This document shows, in pieces, positions 9,628-18,777 of a stretch of 64,000 nt of DNA; within the stretch, counting starts at the first letter, position 1, and each line of letters starts with the position of its first letter. The DNA is taken from positions 124,001 to 188,000 of the IMG/VR virus record IMGVR_UViG_3300004463_000226; one strand, 5' to 3'. The notes below the pieces were generated by a model. The model worked only from the letters and a program-made list of their open reading frames with translations, searched no databases and was not told the origin of the DNA. The position numbers and the translations under genes were made by a program.

Positions 9628-10164
9628 TTAACGGTATTTAACGAAAGTTGCAACTTGTACGCGGTCAGAGTACACTTCAAGCATACCGTCATTGTTTACT
9701 TTAACACCTACAGCGATCTGATTTTTCTCCTCATCAAACACTGCTTGTATTTCAGTAATTGCTCCAGCAGGAAAGATTGTATAAAAAAGATCAGTCATTT
9801 TTTGCTTGATATAGCCAAGGTAGTCATTAACGTTTTCAAATTTAGCCATAGCGCCAGTTTCACCAAGAACTGTTAATGTATGGTTTAATAGTACATTCAC
9901 TAACGCAGAAGTCTCTGGAGGTAAAATAACATTACCTATAAAATGTACTGGTTGTGGTTGTGGTTGATCAGTAACAGCTTCTCCAGCATCTTGCGCAGCT
10001 TCACCCTCATTAACATCGGGGCTAGATTGCTCATCAGCAACAGTTTCTGCTGGAATTTCAGATACATCATTTAAGTTAGCTTCTACTGATGGAGTCACAT
10101 ATTCCTCCACCTCTGTGAATTGACCTTCAATTACATTTGTTTCTGTTTGTTGTGTGTTTTCCAT
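9628..10164 (-). CDS. hypothetical protein, acidic low-complexity N-half
   Basis: Start moved to MENTQQ (SD GAGGAGAGG); late motif at 10198-10209. Confidence 0.75.
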   Translation of the reverse strand: MENTQQTETNVIEGQFTEVEEYVTPSVEANLNDVSEIPAETVADEQSSPDVNEGEAAQDAGEAVTDQPQPQPVHFIGNVILPPETSALVNVLLNHTLTVLGETGAMAKFENVNDYLGYIKQKMTDLFYTIFPAGAITEIQAVFDEEKNQIAVGVKVNNDGMLEVYSDRVQVATFVKYR

Positions 10165-10197
10165 GTTTTTCCTCTCCTCAAAAAAAATAATAACTAC

Positions 10198-10209
10198 TAT
10201 ATAGATGTT
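10198..10209 (-). promoter_or_regulatory. putative late promoter AACA-N6-TA
   Basis: AACATCTATATA ahead of chaperonin operon. Confidence 0.6.
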
Positions 10210-10231
10210 TATATTGTAATATTTTTTTACA

Positions 10232-10966
10232 CTATTCCTTGAGCTGACTGAAGTGTTCTCTTTTAAATTCGGCTGGAATAAATGTAGCAAATTTACAAAT
10301 TTTATCCTTAAGCATACTTTCAACATCAACACGAAGTTCTAATTCTTTAGTATCTTCATTGTAGATATAGTTATATGCATATGATGCTAACATAATATTT
10401 ACGTATTCTGTTTTACCTGATTCTACGATATCAAATAAGTAATCTAAGTCATTAATGACAAATGTGGTAATACCTTCTAGTTTATTGAGGACTTTCTGTA
10501 TATTACCACTAACATAGTTTACTCTCTGCATATCTCCAAACATAGTTTGTATATCGAGATGAACACGTATATCATATATATCTGTATAAATATAAATCTT
10601 CTCAGTAAACTTTTGGGTCAATAACATTTTTATACTATCACCCATAGATAGAAGAGGGCTGTCTTTATACACCTCATAATATCTATCCTTTAACTCTTTC
10701 AATGCACCGTCGACATCAAAATCTACTTTAGATAGATATCTGAATAAATGTTTATCAGTACGCTGTGTACAGAACCTGAGCAAGTTATTCATATCTAATC
10801 CTTTGAACTTTTCAACATCAATGAATGATTCATAGTATGGACTTAGTTCAGTATCTATCTTATTTAATAGATATGGATACGGGCTCTTGATTATTTCATC
10901 ATATGTTATAAATAAAATTTCAGCTTTTGCATCAAATTCGTTGTGCATTAGGGTCACTTGATTCAC
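10232..10966 (-). CDS. hypothetical protein
   Basis: 244 aa ORF in operon. Confidence 0.75.
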   Translation of the reverse strand: MNQVTLMHNEFDAKAEILFITYDEIIKSPYPYLLNKIDTELSPYYESFIDVEKFKGLDMNNLLRFCTQRTDKHLFRYLSKVDFDVDGALKELKDRYYEVYKDSPLLSMGDSIKMLLTQKFTEKIYIYTDIYDIRVHLDIQTMFGDMQRVNYVSGNIQKVLNKLEGITTFVINDLDYLFDIVESGKTEYVNIMLASYAYNYIYNEDTKELELRVDVESMLKDKICKFATFIPAEFKREHFSQLKE

Positions 10967-11123
10967 CTCTAATATCCATTAATGATTTTCTAAGTCCGTC
11001 AGGATCTGATGTAAGTTCATTGTTAGCCGCAATAACAACAAGCTTATCAACATCTGAAGTACTTAATTGTTTAATAGCATTGATAATTTCCATCGGTTTT
11101 GTGAAATCTACCATATTATCCAT
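10932..11123 (-). CDS. small hypothetical protein
   Basis: Start moved to MDNMVDF (SD AAGGGG). Confidence 0.65.
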   Translation of the reverse strand: MDNMVDFTKPMEIINAIKQLSTSDVDKLVVIAANNELTSDPDGLRKSLMDIRGESSDPNAQRI

Positions 11124-11180
11124 CCCCTTATAAAAAAATAAAAGAGCTATAATGAAATCAATCATTATAGCCCTCGGTTA

Positions 11181-11999
11181 TTAGAACATTCCCTGAAGCT
11201 CGTCAAGGTTATTTAATTTGCTGATAGGTGCATTGCCACCATCTAAATCAACTGGTTCGTTGCTTTTGCTACCACCATCAGAGAAAATATCTTTAGTTTT
11301 GTATCCGCCACCATTACCATTAGAGTAAGATTTAGATTTACCTTCTACTCCTAGTTTAGCAGCAATATCGCCAAGGTCATTGATTAGGCGGTCACGGAAC
11401 CATTTGTCGCTTACTTTGATAGAGTGAGCTGTTGCATATGTTAATGCTTCGATAGATGCTTCCAATGCAGACAAGAATAACATGAATTCGCTTGGAATAC
11501 CTTTTGTAATTGTATAGTTACCTGTTTCAGGATCATAGTCATCAATACTATAGCTAGATTTAAATTGATACAGCATTTGTGCTTCAGGCTTTTTAGTTTC
11601 CTCATCTAGGTTTTTAAAGATGGTAATGTATGCTATTTGCTCACCACCACGCTGCTCAGTACCAATACCTAGAATTGAGTTACCGCCTACTTTAACAAAG
11701 CGGGATTTTTTAGTACCTTCGTTATAAGCTGGAAGGATGCTTTCCTTACCAAATTTGAGTATCGCTTGTGCTTTTTCCAATGTAAGTGCTGTAGAAAGAA
11801 CCTCATCATAATTAAAGCGGCTAGATTCAGTTTGTTTATCTTCTGGTAATGCTGGATGAATTTTAATAGAAACCATGCTGTTCCAATATCCATATACCAG
11901 AGTAGAAGCCATTACTGTGCTTTCACCATTCATAAACTGAAGACCACGAGAGTTAATATTTACAGCATCACGATTATTAGATTGATTATTGAATTTCAT
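11181..11999 (-). CDS. probable single-stranded DNA-binding protein
   Basis: Beta-rich N-domain, Gly/Ser linker, acidic tail ending in Phe (LDELQGMF), the usual SSB architecture; inference only. Confidence 0.45.
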   Translation of the reverse strand: MKFNNQSNNRDAVNINSRGLQFMNGESTVMASTLVYGYWNSMVSIKIHPALPEDKQTESSRFNYDEVLSTALTLEKAQAILKFGKESILPAYNEGTKKSRFVKVGGNSILGIGTEQRGGEQIAYITIFKNLDEETKKPEAQMLYQFKSSYSIDDYDPETGNYTITKGIPSEFMLFLSALEASIEALTYATAHSIKVSDKWFRDRLINDLGDIAAKLGVEGKSKSYSNGNGGGYKTKDIFSDGGSKSNEPVDLDGGNAPISKLNNLDELQGMF

Positions 12000-12013
12000 T
12001 TGTTAGTTTCCTC

Positions 12014-12745
12014 CTAGATTTGCTTTGTTTTTATAATAGGAACAATTTTAGTAGAATAGCTTGATTTCGGACCTTGAGAAAGACTCTTCTGTATATTATC
12101 ACATAGAACCGCACCATAATGTTGTCTATCAATATATACTGTATGAATTGCTGGGTCATTTTCAATTTGAGATACTAGAAAATCAACTGCTAGATTTAAA
12201 GCCTTGAACTTTCTAATTTCTGTACTAAATTTTCTAGATACTTTATCAATAATCATAATATTAAAAGAACAATCTAGACGGTTATCACCAATAAAGAAAT
12301 CTGTTATGATATAATCCTTGAGCCTATTCTTACCTAAAATATCAAGACTCAAGTTAGTTAAATCCTTCAGTGTACATGAGCACCAGATATCTAGAACAAC
12401 CAGTTCAGCAGTCTCGTCATTTTCAATCTGAGTAATAACCGAACGATGTTCAAATCGAACTGGTTTCATATCCATTAATAGATTACCATATAACAAAAGC
12501 CCATCGTCAGCGTATGATGACAGCTTTAATACTGTATCGTCAGTAGAATTTTTCCACTGATCAGCAAGCTTAATCATAGGAGAATCTATAAATTCATAAA
12601 CAGTCATTTTTGTTTCAGTTGGTTCTCCAATTGTAGCTGAACCGTCAACAAATATGCAAGCTTTAGCCATAGTATCCATTAACTTATGTTGCTCTGGACT
12701 CATATCTTTAGGTTTCTTAATAAAGTCAAAAGTGGTTACTGCCAT
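12014..12745 (-). CDS. protein whose C-terminal ~80 aa resemble the TerL RNase H-like nuclease domain (truncated)
   Basis: IMIIDKVSRKFSTEIRK...AVDFLVSQI...VYIDRQHYGAVLCD aligns with TerL ITVIDPYTLKPVAEFKS...AVKFVRTMI...MAIERNNVGTAIID. Confidence 0.6.
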   Translation of the reverse strand: MAVTTFDFIKKPKDMSPEQHKLMDTMAKACIFVDGSATIGEPTETKMTVYEFIDSPMIKLADQWKNSTDDTVLKLSSYADDGLLLYGNLLMDMKPVRFEHRSVITQIENDETAELVVLDIWCSCTLKDLTNLSLDILGKNRLKDYIITDFFIGDNRLDCSFNIMIIDKVSRKFSTEIRKFKALNLAVDFLVSQIENDPAIHTVYIDRQHYGAVLCDNIQKSLSQGPKSSYSTKIVPIIKTKQI

Positions 12746-12766
12746 TTAGTTACCCTCCTTTTTCAT

Positions 12767-12778
12767 TACTATAAAGTT
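12767..12778 (-). promoter_or_regulatory. putative variant promoter AACT-N6-TA
   Basis: AACTTTATAGTA ahead of nuclease-like/SSB operon. Confidence 0.55.
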
Positions 12779-12805
12779 TAGAGAGTTTTAACTTATTATT
12801 TAGAC

Positions 12806-13105
12806 TTAGATATTTAGGTTCACATGCATTGGTCCTGCGTATTCTGTGCGATACTGCTCTTCTCTTTCTTTAAGGAATTTCTTAGATGACTTATCAATTT
12901 TGATCTCCTTCTTTGAAACCAGATGCCTGAATGAACGAACTATTGATTCTGCTGAAGGTGCATTATTAACTTCACTTAGTGAAGATACCCCATTAAACTG
13001 CTTCCAATACTCAACGATCAACAAATTACGATTGTGTACAACATCTGGATTCTTTTCAACCAATTTCAGTAAGTTTTTACCTATGATCTCCTTGTTTTTC
13101 CCCAC
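12806..13105 (-). CDS. hypothetical protein, possible helix-turn-helix
   Basis: GTG start with SD AAGGGAG; EYW...SAESIVRSFR pattern; late motif at 13140-13151. Confidence 0.65.
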   Translation of the reverse strand: MGKNKEIIGKNLLKLVEKNPDVVHNRNLLIVEYWKQFNGVSSLSEVNNAPSAESIVRSFRHLVSKKEIKIDKSSKKFLKEREEQYRTEYAGPMHVNLNI

Positions 13106-13139
13106 TAGTAACACTCCCTTTAAGATTTTCACTTTCGTA

Positions 13140-13151
13140 TATATTATTGTT
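13140..13151 (-). promoter_or_regulatory. putative late promoter AACA-N6-TA
   Basis: AACAATAATATA ahead of 12806-13105. Confidence 0.5.
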
Positions 13152-13174
13152 TCTAGTAGGTTTATTTGCTTCAA

Positions 13175-13978
13175 TCATAACGACTTTGTAGCAGGATGTT
13201 CGATGTTTTCTCCGCCAGGAATAACTTCTCTTTTCCATACGCTGGAAACTTCAGTCACTGGACGACTATCTATTGTTTCCATAGTAGGGAAATTTTTAGC
13301 AGCTTCTTTAACGAATTCTTTTCTCAATGTTTTCATCTCTCTTGCTTTTTCCTTAGCACGTTTACGCTGTTGTTTACGTTTCTCTGTGCGAGTTAGCGGT
13401 AACTCTTTTGGTGGAGCTGGATGCATTGAAAATGCTTGTTGAGCTTCTTTGAGAAATGGACCCGTTTTAGAACCTCTACCATAGAAACCAGCCAATGAAT
13501 CAATTATGATATGTCTATGGGCATTTTCATCGTCCTCCATTTCTTTAACAGCTTCAGACAATCTCATCTTAAAATCATCAAATTCATAATGTGTGATTAT
13601 GTCACCTTCTTCCAGAGCAGCTCTAGTAAGAATTTCTGTCATAAAAGATGTTTTACCTGTACCTTGAGGTAATGGTAGTAGCTCAATACCTTCATCAGAA
13701 TTTACAAAATGTCTAGGGACATTTTCATCAACACTAGGATCTACCATTCTTTTGAGATGAGTATTTGGACCCACAATTCTATTACAGTTATCCAATATCA
13801 TTCTTTGATATTCTTTCAATCCAGGAAAATTAGGATCTTCTCCGCTCATAAATTCATAGAACTCAAAAGGTGTCATTTTACTAAAATCCTTAACACCTTC
13901 ACCAGTATCAACAATATTGATCTCTAATTCCTTATGGTTTTCACCATATAAACTTGATGCTTGAATTTCTTCTGACAT
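13175..13978 (-). CDS. hypothetical protein with minimal P-loop-like segment
   Basis: QGTGKTS ... HIIIDSL about 40 aa apart; basic coiled C-region. Confidence 0.7.
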   Translation of the reverse strand: MSEEIQASSLYGENHKELEINIVDTGEGVKDFSKMTPFEFYEFMSGEDPNFPGLKEYQRMILDNCNRIVGPNTHLKRMVDPSVDENVPRHFVNSDEGIELLPLPQGTGKTSFMTEILTRAALEEGDIITHYEFDDFKMRLSEAVKEMEDDENAHRHIIIDSLAGFYGRGSKTGPFLKEAQQAFSMHPAPPKELPLTRTEKRKQQRKRAKEKAREMKTLRKEFVKEAAKNFPTMETIDSRPVTEVSSVWKREVIPGGENIEHPATKSL

Positions 13979-14010
13979 TAAATTGTCCTCCTAGAAAATA
14001 TATTTTTTTA
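13942..14010. repeat. duplicated leader + 5' coding cassette, copy 1
   Basis: 27-nt (13942-13968) and 25-nt (13986-14010) blocks identical to 14446-14472 and 14490-14514. Confidence 0.9.
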
Positions 14011-14011
14011 A

Positions 14012-14482
14012 TTAATAAGGTAAATTGATACTTCTGTGCCGAGGTAACCTGTATCTACCATAGAAGCTATTCCTGTTGAGCATACTATGTGCATTATGTA
14101 ACGCTTCCTCATACAGTTTAACACCTTCTCTGGACACCATAACATTTCTTGCCAGTATTTTACTTTTCTTTTCAAGCATTTTAAACATGTGGTATAATGT
14201 GTGTCGATATGAGCCACGTCCTATACCGCTAGCATAAAAGTAATCATGAAACTCAGGTTTAGATATCATAGAATCAAACTTTCTTCTCATAGCATCTCTG
14301 TCTTTCTCATTCCAATGAATACCTGCATATAGACGTAAATTTTCTTCAGGTAAAGATTTATCATATGGAAATCCATAACCAAAACCCCAGCTATTATAAA
14401 TTGCTCGTAGTGAAATTTCTGTAGCCGAAAGTCTTTTTACAGACCCACCATATAAACTTGATGCTTGAATTTTTTTCGACAT
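14012..14482 (-). CDS. hypothetical protein; N-terminus shared with 13175-13978 gene
   Basis: MSKKIQASSLYG vs MSEEIQASSLYG; duplicated leader DNA. Confidence 0.75.
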   Translation of the reverse strand: MSKKIQASSLYGGSVKRLSATEISLRAIYNSWGFGYGFPYDKSLPEENLRLYAGIHWNEKDRDAMRRKFDSMISKPEFHDYFYASGIGRGSYRHTLYHMFKMLEKKSKILARNVMVSREGVKLYEEALHNAHSMLNRNSFYGRYRLPRHRSINLPY

Positions 14483-14514
14483 TTTAATATCCTCCTAGAA
14501 AATATATTTTTTTA
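14446..14514. repeat. duplicated leader + 5' coding cassette, copy 2
   Basis: Identical blocks to copy 1. Confidence 0.9.
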
Positions 14515-14659
14515 CTATTGATGGTAAGATAAGTATAAGAACTAAGATGATGTATATTAACAAACGATGTCTAAATAGAAACTCCCATGATAGGATCACA
14601 CACTTCATGATGTAGTTAAACACGAATGGTATAGTATGATACGGATTCAACCATTTCAT
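14495..14659 (-). CDS. small membrane protein (54 aa), absent from ORF track
   Basis: Manual translation MKWLNPYHTIPFVFNYIMKCVILSWEFLFRHRLLIYIILVLILILPSIVKKYIF; ATGA overlap with upstream stop; SD GAGGT; fills the gap. Confidence 0.7.
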   Translation of the reverse strand: MKWLNPYHTIPFVFNYIMKCVILSWEFLFRHRLLIYIILVLILILPSIVKKYIF

Positions 14660-15039
14660 TTTCTTGACCTCTTATATCTTTTACTGCTCTTTCCACTATT
14701 ATAATATATATTTGATTGCTGGTATGATGCATGTTTTTGATAACTTTCTGTACCTAAGAACTTATGAATAGTATTCTTATACTTTGCTTTCTTCTCGGTA
14801 TAAGCATAATACTTCATTAACGGCTGTATTTTATTCACATAGTATGAACTAATAGGAGCGAATGCTTTTATGACAAACTCCTTTATTTTATTCCAAGCGT
14901 CCATGATAAATGCAGCAGCTTTTTTAAGATATTCTTTCATATCATCTATTTGACTAGATAATTCTGGCTGAGATGCTTTTAGTTTCTCTATAGCATCTTC
15001 AAATACTTCATTAGTTGAGGAATTAATATTTGTTTCCAT
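14656..15039 (-). CDS. hypothetical protein
   Basis: ORF with SD GGAGAG. Confidence 0.7.
   Translation of the reverse strand: METNINSSTNEVFEDAIEKLKASQPELSSQIDDMKEYLKKAAAFIMDAWNKIKEFVIKAFAPISSYYVNKIQPLMKYYAYTEKKAKYKNTIHKFLGTESYQKHASYQQSNIYYNSGKSSKRYKRSRK
14701..14710 (-). promoter_or_regulatory. possible internal early promoter motif
   Basis: Exact motif inside CDS, about 40 nt before the 54-aa ORF; could be chance. Confidence 0.35.
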
Positions 15040-15090
15040 TCTGATCTCTCCAATCCTAACATTAATATGAAGGGGATGTTAATATAGATA

Positions 15091-15118
15091 AGATACAGTA
15101 CCAAACGGTACTGTATCT
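15091..15118 (-). terminator. terminator after polymerase operon
   Basis: agatacagtacc-aaac-ggtactgtatct. Confidence 0.75.
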
Positions 15119-15126
15119 CTACATTT

Positions 15127-15414
15127 TTATTTTACTTCTTTAACTAGATGAATTGGTAATAAATTAGCGATGCGTTGCTCAAATACGAACTCCAATGCTT
15201 CAACTACCCTTCTAACATCATTTATATTATTTATATTATCTGTATTAATGGTATATAGCTTCGGTGGCTGAACAATTCCTACTTTAATACCCCTCTGTGC
15301 ATATTCATATATTATTTGCGCATTACTCTTATCTTTATACCAGGAATCCCCTGGTCTTTCTTCAGGAGACTCACCTTCAACATATGGTTTAAATGGATTG
15401 TCTTCACTCATCAT
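15127..15414 (-). CDS. hypothetical protein
   Basis: ORF with SD GGAGGA after the polymerase gene. Confidence 0.7.
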   Translation of the reverse strand: MMSEDNPFKPYVEGESPEERPGDSWYKDKSNAQIIYEYAQRGIKVGIVQPPKLYTINTDNINNINDVRRVVEALEFVFEQRIANLLPIHLVKEVK

Positions 15415-15423
15415 TATTCCTCC

Positions 15424-17361
15424 TTATACTCGTAAGATATTTGTAAAATATTTCTTATCAGAAGCTTTGATAGTTTCAACACCTAATGCCTCTAATACCG
15501 AATAGAAACGTGAAATGTTATCATTCACAATTGTATCATAGTCGATATAAGGCAATAACCATTCAGGTATTGATTCAACACTTCTTGGGATTGCAATGAT
15601 TTGAACACCTTTCTCAACAAGCTTCTTATTATTACCATTAAACACATGCTTCATCAATCTATCATACGCTTCTGGGAAAACTTTCTTTAAAGGTTCAATA
15701 TGCTCAGGCTTTGTCATCTTAACTTTGACAATATCAATCTTCTCAGGTAACTGTATAGCAAGACTTGGATAGATGATATTCCAAGCAAGTACTCCTCGAA
15801 CACCTTGCTCCTTATAAGGGTCTTTGTATGCTTCTATCTCTTTAACTGACTTAGGAATTAAGAAACTCTTTTCACCTTTATGTAGAGATTCCTGAATTAT
15901 TCCCTCAAGCTTTTCTAGTTCCCTTAATACAGATGAGATACTAATATCATCTTTATATAACAATTCCTTCTTCACTAGATTAATAAAGTAAGCTTTTGTT
16001 TCCTCCCGTGTAGATGACTTAACAAAATCCATTCCTTTGATATCAATCTTCTCAGGATAAATCTCATGACCCTCACGAAGACGCACACTACTGATATATC
16101 TCTTCTTACTACCAGAAAGTATCAATCGTGTAAATAAGAATTCGTTCTTCATGTTAATCTTAGGTCTGAATTCTTTCAAGATATTTGAATCCTTGGTATA
16201 CTTCTTAAGTACATCTGTAACCATGTTTGTCAGGAAATAACACATCATATTGATACTGATGAATCGTAACTCCATAGGATCTCTTTCTAATAGATGGTCG
16301 TTTACAGATATAACATTGCGATTGATAAACTTAACCCAAGGATCTAAATTCAACATGTTTGAGTCTGTGTCTACAGTTACTACAACTTTACGTTTATCAT
16401 TCTTCAGACGTTGAATACGTCCAAAAGGTGAATGATTATAGAATACAAACTCTTTATAATAGTCCCATAAGTCCTCTAAGTTACTTTGCACATTCTTAGG
16501 AACCTTATTTGGATCCTTAAATGACTCTGTTTTATTAACAGCTGTGACTATCTTATATCGTATCTTACGAAGATATGAGAACTTATAGATGTTATTCTTA
16601 AAGTAGATACGATTAATAATATTCTGAGGTAAACTCATCAAGTACTCAAATAAGATAAATTCATACTCAGGTTTAAACTCATAGAAAGAATCTGCCAGAT
16701 GGTCAATTAGTTTCTCAATAGAAACATTGGGCAAGAAACCATCATCTTTAATATGTTTCTCCCTACGAACATTTTCCAAAAACATCATACAATCATCAAG
16801 GTCAATAAACGGTACGTTGTTTGCTAAGAATGCTTCAAACGCTTGTTGCGTTGTACTGATAAGCGATTGACCTGTTGCTGTTACTGATGTTGCGGTATAA
16901 AGATTAAAGAAGTTAGATGTTGGTGCACCAGATGCTCCATAATATGAGTTAGCATTAATCTTTTCTGTTAATTGCATTCGGTCTAATGCCATGTAATCAT
17001 AAGAGCCTTCTTGATGATCTGGTAACTGATTCTTATAAAACTTACGTAACTTAAGGAAGTTATCTAACATGACAGCGGCAGGATTTAATACTTGGTCTTG
17101 ATTCCAGAAGAATACTCCAAAACCTGCTGCTATTGCATTGGTATTTCTAAACCAATCAATCATTGATAATAAATCTACATCTATGTCTAAGTGATTATAG
17201 TTATTATGCATAGATGCTTTTGGATTCACTAGCCGTTCTTTAATAACTTCGTCCAGGAATCCTTTTATTTCTTTCTTTTTTAATTCAGGATACATCGTTG
17301 TGAATATCCTAGTGTAGTGCTTTTTCCAATCTTCGAGAAATATATGACTCTTCTCTCCCAT
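15424..17361 (-). CDS. family B DNA polymerase, C-terminal subunit (motifs B and C)
   Basis: KINANSYYGA, VTVDTDSN, KKRY, KGMDFVKSS; lacks exonuclease and motif A. Confidence 0.92.
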   Translation of the reverse strand: MGEKSHIFLEDWKKHYTRIFTTMYPELKKKEIKGFLDEVIKERLVNPKASMHNNYNHLDIDVDLLSMIDWFRNTNAIAAGFGVFFWNQDQVLNPAAVMLDNFLKLRKFYKNQLPDHQEGSYDYMALDRMQLTEKINANSYYGASGAPTSNFFNLYTATSVTATGQSLISTTQQAFEAFLANNVPFIDLDDCMMFLENVRREKHIKDDGFLPNVSIEKLIDHLADSFYEFKPEYEFILFEYLMSLPQNIINRIYFKNNIYKFSYLRKIRYKIVTAVNKTESFKDPNKVPKNVQSNLEDLWDYYKEFVFYNHSPFGRIQRLKNDKRKVVVTVDTDSNMLNLDPWVKFINRNVISVNDHLLERDPMELRFISINMMCYFLTNMVTDVLKKYTKDSNILKEFRPKINMKNEFLFTRLILSGSKKRYISSVRLREGHEIYPEKIDIKGMDFVKSSTREETKAYFINLVKKELLYKDDISISSVLRELEKLEGIIQESLHKGEKSFLIPKSVKEIEAYKDPYKEQGVRGVLAWNIIYPSLAIQLPEKIDIVKVKMTKPEHIEPLKKVFPEAYDRLMKHVFNGNNKKLVEKGVQIIAIPRSVESIPEWLLPYIDYDTIVNDNISRFYSVLEALGVETIKASDKKYFTNILRV

Positions 17362-17373
17362 GTGTTTTCTCCT

Positions 17374-17901
17374 TTACCATCTATATCTAGGCATAATTAT
17401 CTCCTTGATTTCATTGGATATTTTCTTATCCCTCCATTCATAGTACGGCTTATCTTCCAACATTATCATTGCATATCTAAGCATATCTTTTGCCGATACA
17501 TTGACAAATACATACATCTTATTATCATCGAACTTAACTAAATCTTTTTCATCAACTATGTCGATGTAGGTATTGACATATACTTCATTATCATCAACCC
17601 AACCATCATTTACTATATCACCATATTCCTCACCCACCCTTGTGAATGAATATTCACCTTCATCATCTAACGTATCTAGGAACCTCATAAAGTTCTTTAT
17701 TTCAGGAAATCCACCATGAAAGTCATACCACTTGACATGATCAAACTTCATAAGAATATTTCCCGTTGATTTAAACATTTGTTTTTCAGTTTCTAATAAT
17801 AAATTTTCCTCATCGGGAATATTATTTTCCTTCATCCATATTAAACCTTTATGATATGATTGCTGTGTTAATACTATAGCAACCTCACTCGTATAACCCA
17901 T
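17374..17901 (-). CDS. hypothetical protein (paralog of 19449-20090)
   Basis: Start moved to MGYTSEV (SD GGAGAG); shared YxSxV...WMKxxxIP...GNIL. Confidence 0.75.
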   Translation of the reverse strand: MGYTSEVAIVLTQQSYHKGLIWMKENNIPDEENLLLETEKQMFKSTGNILMKFDHVKWYDFHGGFPEIKNFMRFLDTLDDEGEYSFTRVGEEYGDIVNDGWVDDNEVYVNTYIDIVDEKDLVKFDDNKMYVFVNVSAKDMLRYAMIMLEDKPYYEWRDKKISNEIKEIIMPRYRW

Positions 17902-18139
17902 CAGTCTTACTCTCCATTTCCTTTTCTTTATTAGAATCATCAATTATTTCTACACATAAATTAACACATTCATCACAAATATAAACATTAGGTCCAGCAA
18001 TCAACTTCTGAACTTGATGTTGATTTTTACCACAGAAAGAGCAGTGTAGAGTATCAAACTTACCCTGCATTTTTAATAAATTATCATAAGCCTTTGCTTT
18101 ATCAACTACTTCATGAAACTGCTGTTGTAAGTCTGACAT
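17885..18139 (-). CDS. stand-alone ClpX C4-type zinc-binding domain protein
   Basis: [34 protein letters not shown] is near-canonical ClpX ZBD; no AAA domain; start moved to MSDLQQ. Confidence 0.9.
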   Translation of the reverse strand: MSDLQQQFHEVVDKAKAYDNLLKMQGKFDTLHCSFCGKNQHQVQKLIAGPNVYICDECVNLCVEIIDDSNKEKEMESKTDGLYE

Positions 18140-18140
18140 A

Positions 18141-18731
18141 TTAACCCAACTCCACTGTAATTTTATTGTCTTTCTTATATTCTTTGATAGCTTTTTCAAG
18201 GGCTAATACATTTCGTTGAGTAAGGAATGCAGTAGCGGAATTACCATGTTCAGTATCTTGAATTCTTAAACTCAGGTCACCCCATTCATCTTCTAGAGTA
18301 ATTAACTCATCACACTCACCTATTGTTTTGAGATATAGTTTAGTCTTTTGGTCATTATGAGAATTGACAAAATCATCAACGACTTCTTCCTCATCATTAT
18401 CAGGGAATTCAATTAACTTATCTAACGTGAATGTTGGATCTCTAAACTCACCTTTAATTAAAGTATCAACCACTCCCATAACTAGAACAAATTCATCTTT
18501 ATTAAGAGATGTGACTATAGTATTCAGTGTATTTAATGTTATAGCCATTGATTCAGCAGTATCTACAAATATCCTATGAAACATGAAATTACTAGCACCA
18601 GTTGTAATCTTAGCATCGCTCTTTGCGAAGATACTGTGTTTAGCATTAAATATTGCCTCGTTGTTAATTAACATTAATTTTCCAGCAGCTTCTTTCTTTA
18701 ATAATAAATTTACTTTCACAGTTTGAATCAT
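18141..18731 (-). CDS. hypothetical early protein
   Basis: ORF, SD AGGAGG, early motif 18768-18777. Confidence 0.75.
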   Translation of the reverse strand: MIQTVKVNLLLKKEAAGKLMLINNEAIFNAKHSIFAKSDAKITTGASNFMFHRIFVDTAESMAITLNTLNTIVTSLNKDEFVLVMGVVDTLIKGEFRDPTFTLDKLIEFPDNDEEEVVDDFVNSHNDQKTKLYLKTIGECDELITLEDEWGDLSLRIQDTEHGNSATAFLTQRNVLALEKAIKEYKKDNKITVELG

Positions 18732-18767
18732 CTAGATTCCTCCTAATTATTTATTTGATACCTCTCT

Positions 18768-18777
18768 ATAATATATA
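18768..18777 (-). promoter_or_regulatory. putative early promoter motif
   Basis: Heads operon containing ClpX-ZBD and polymerase C-subunit. Confidence 0.7.

Noticed and set aside
9628-10164. Gene upstream of the chaperonin as GroES co-chaperonin
   Set aside because: No GroES sequence pattern; acidic disordered N-half and alpha/beta C-domain
13138-13147. Plus-strand early motif TATATATTAT pointing antisense
   Set aside because: It is the reverse complement of the minus-strand late promoter AACAATAATATA; probably a by-product
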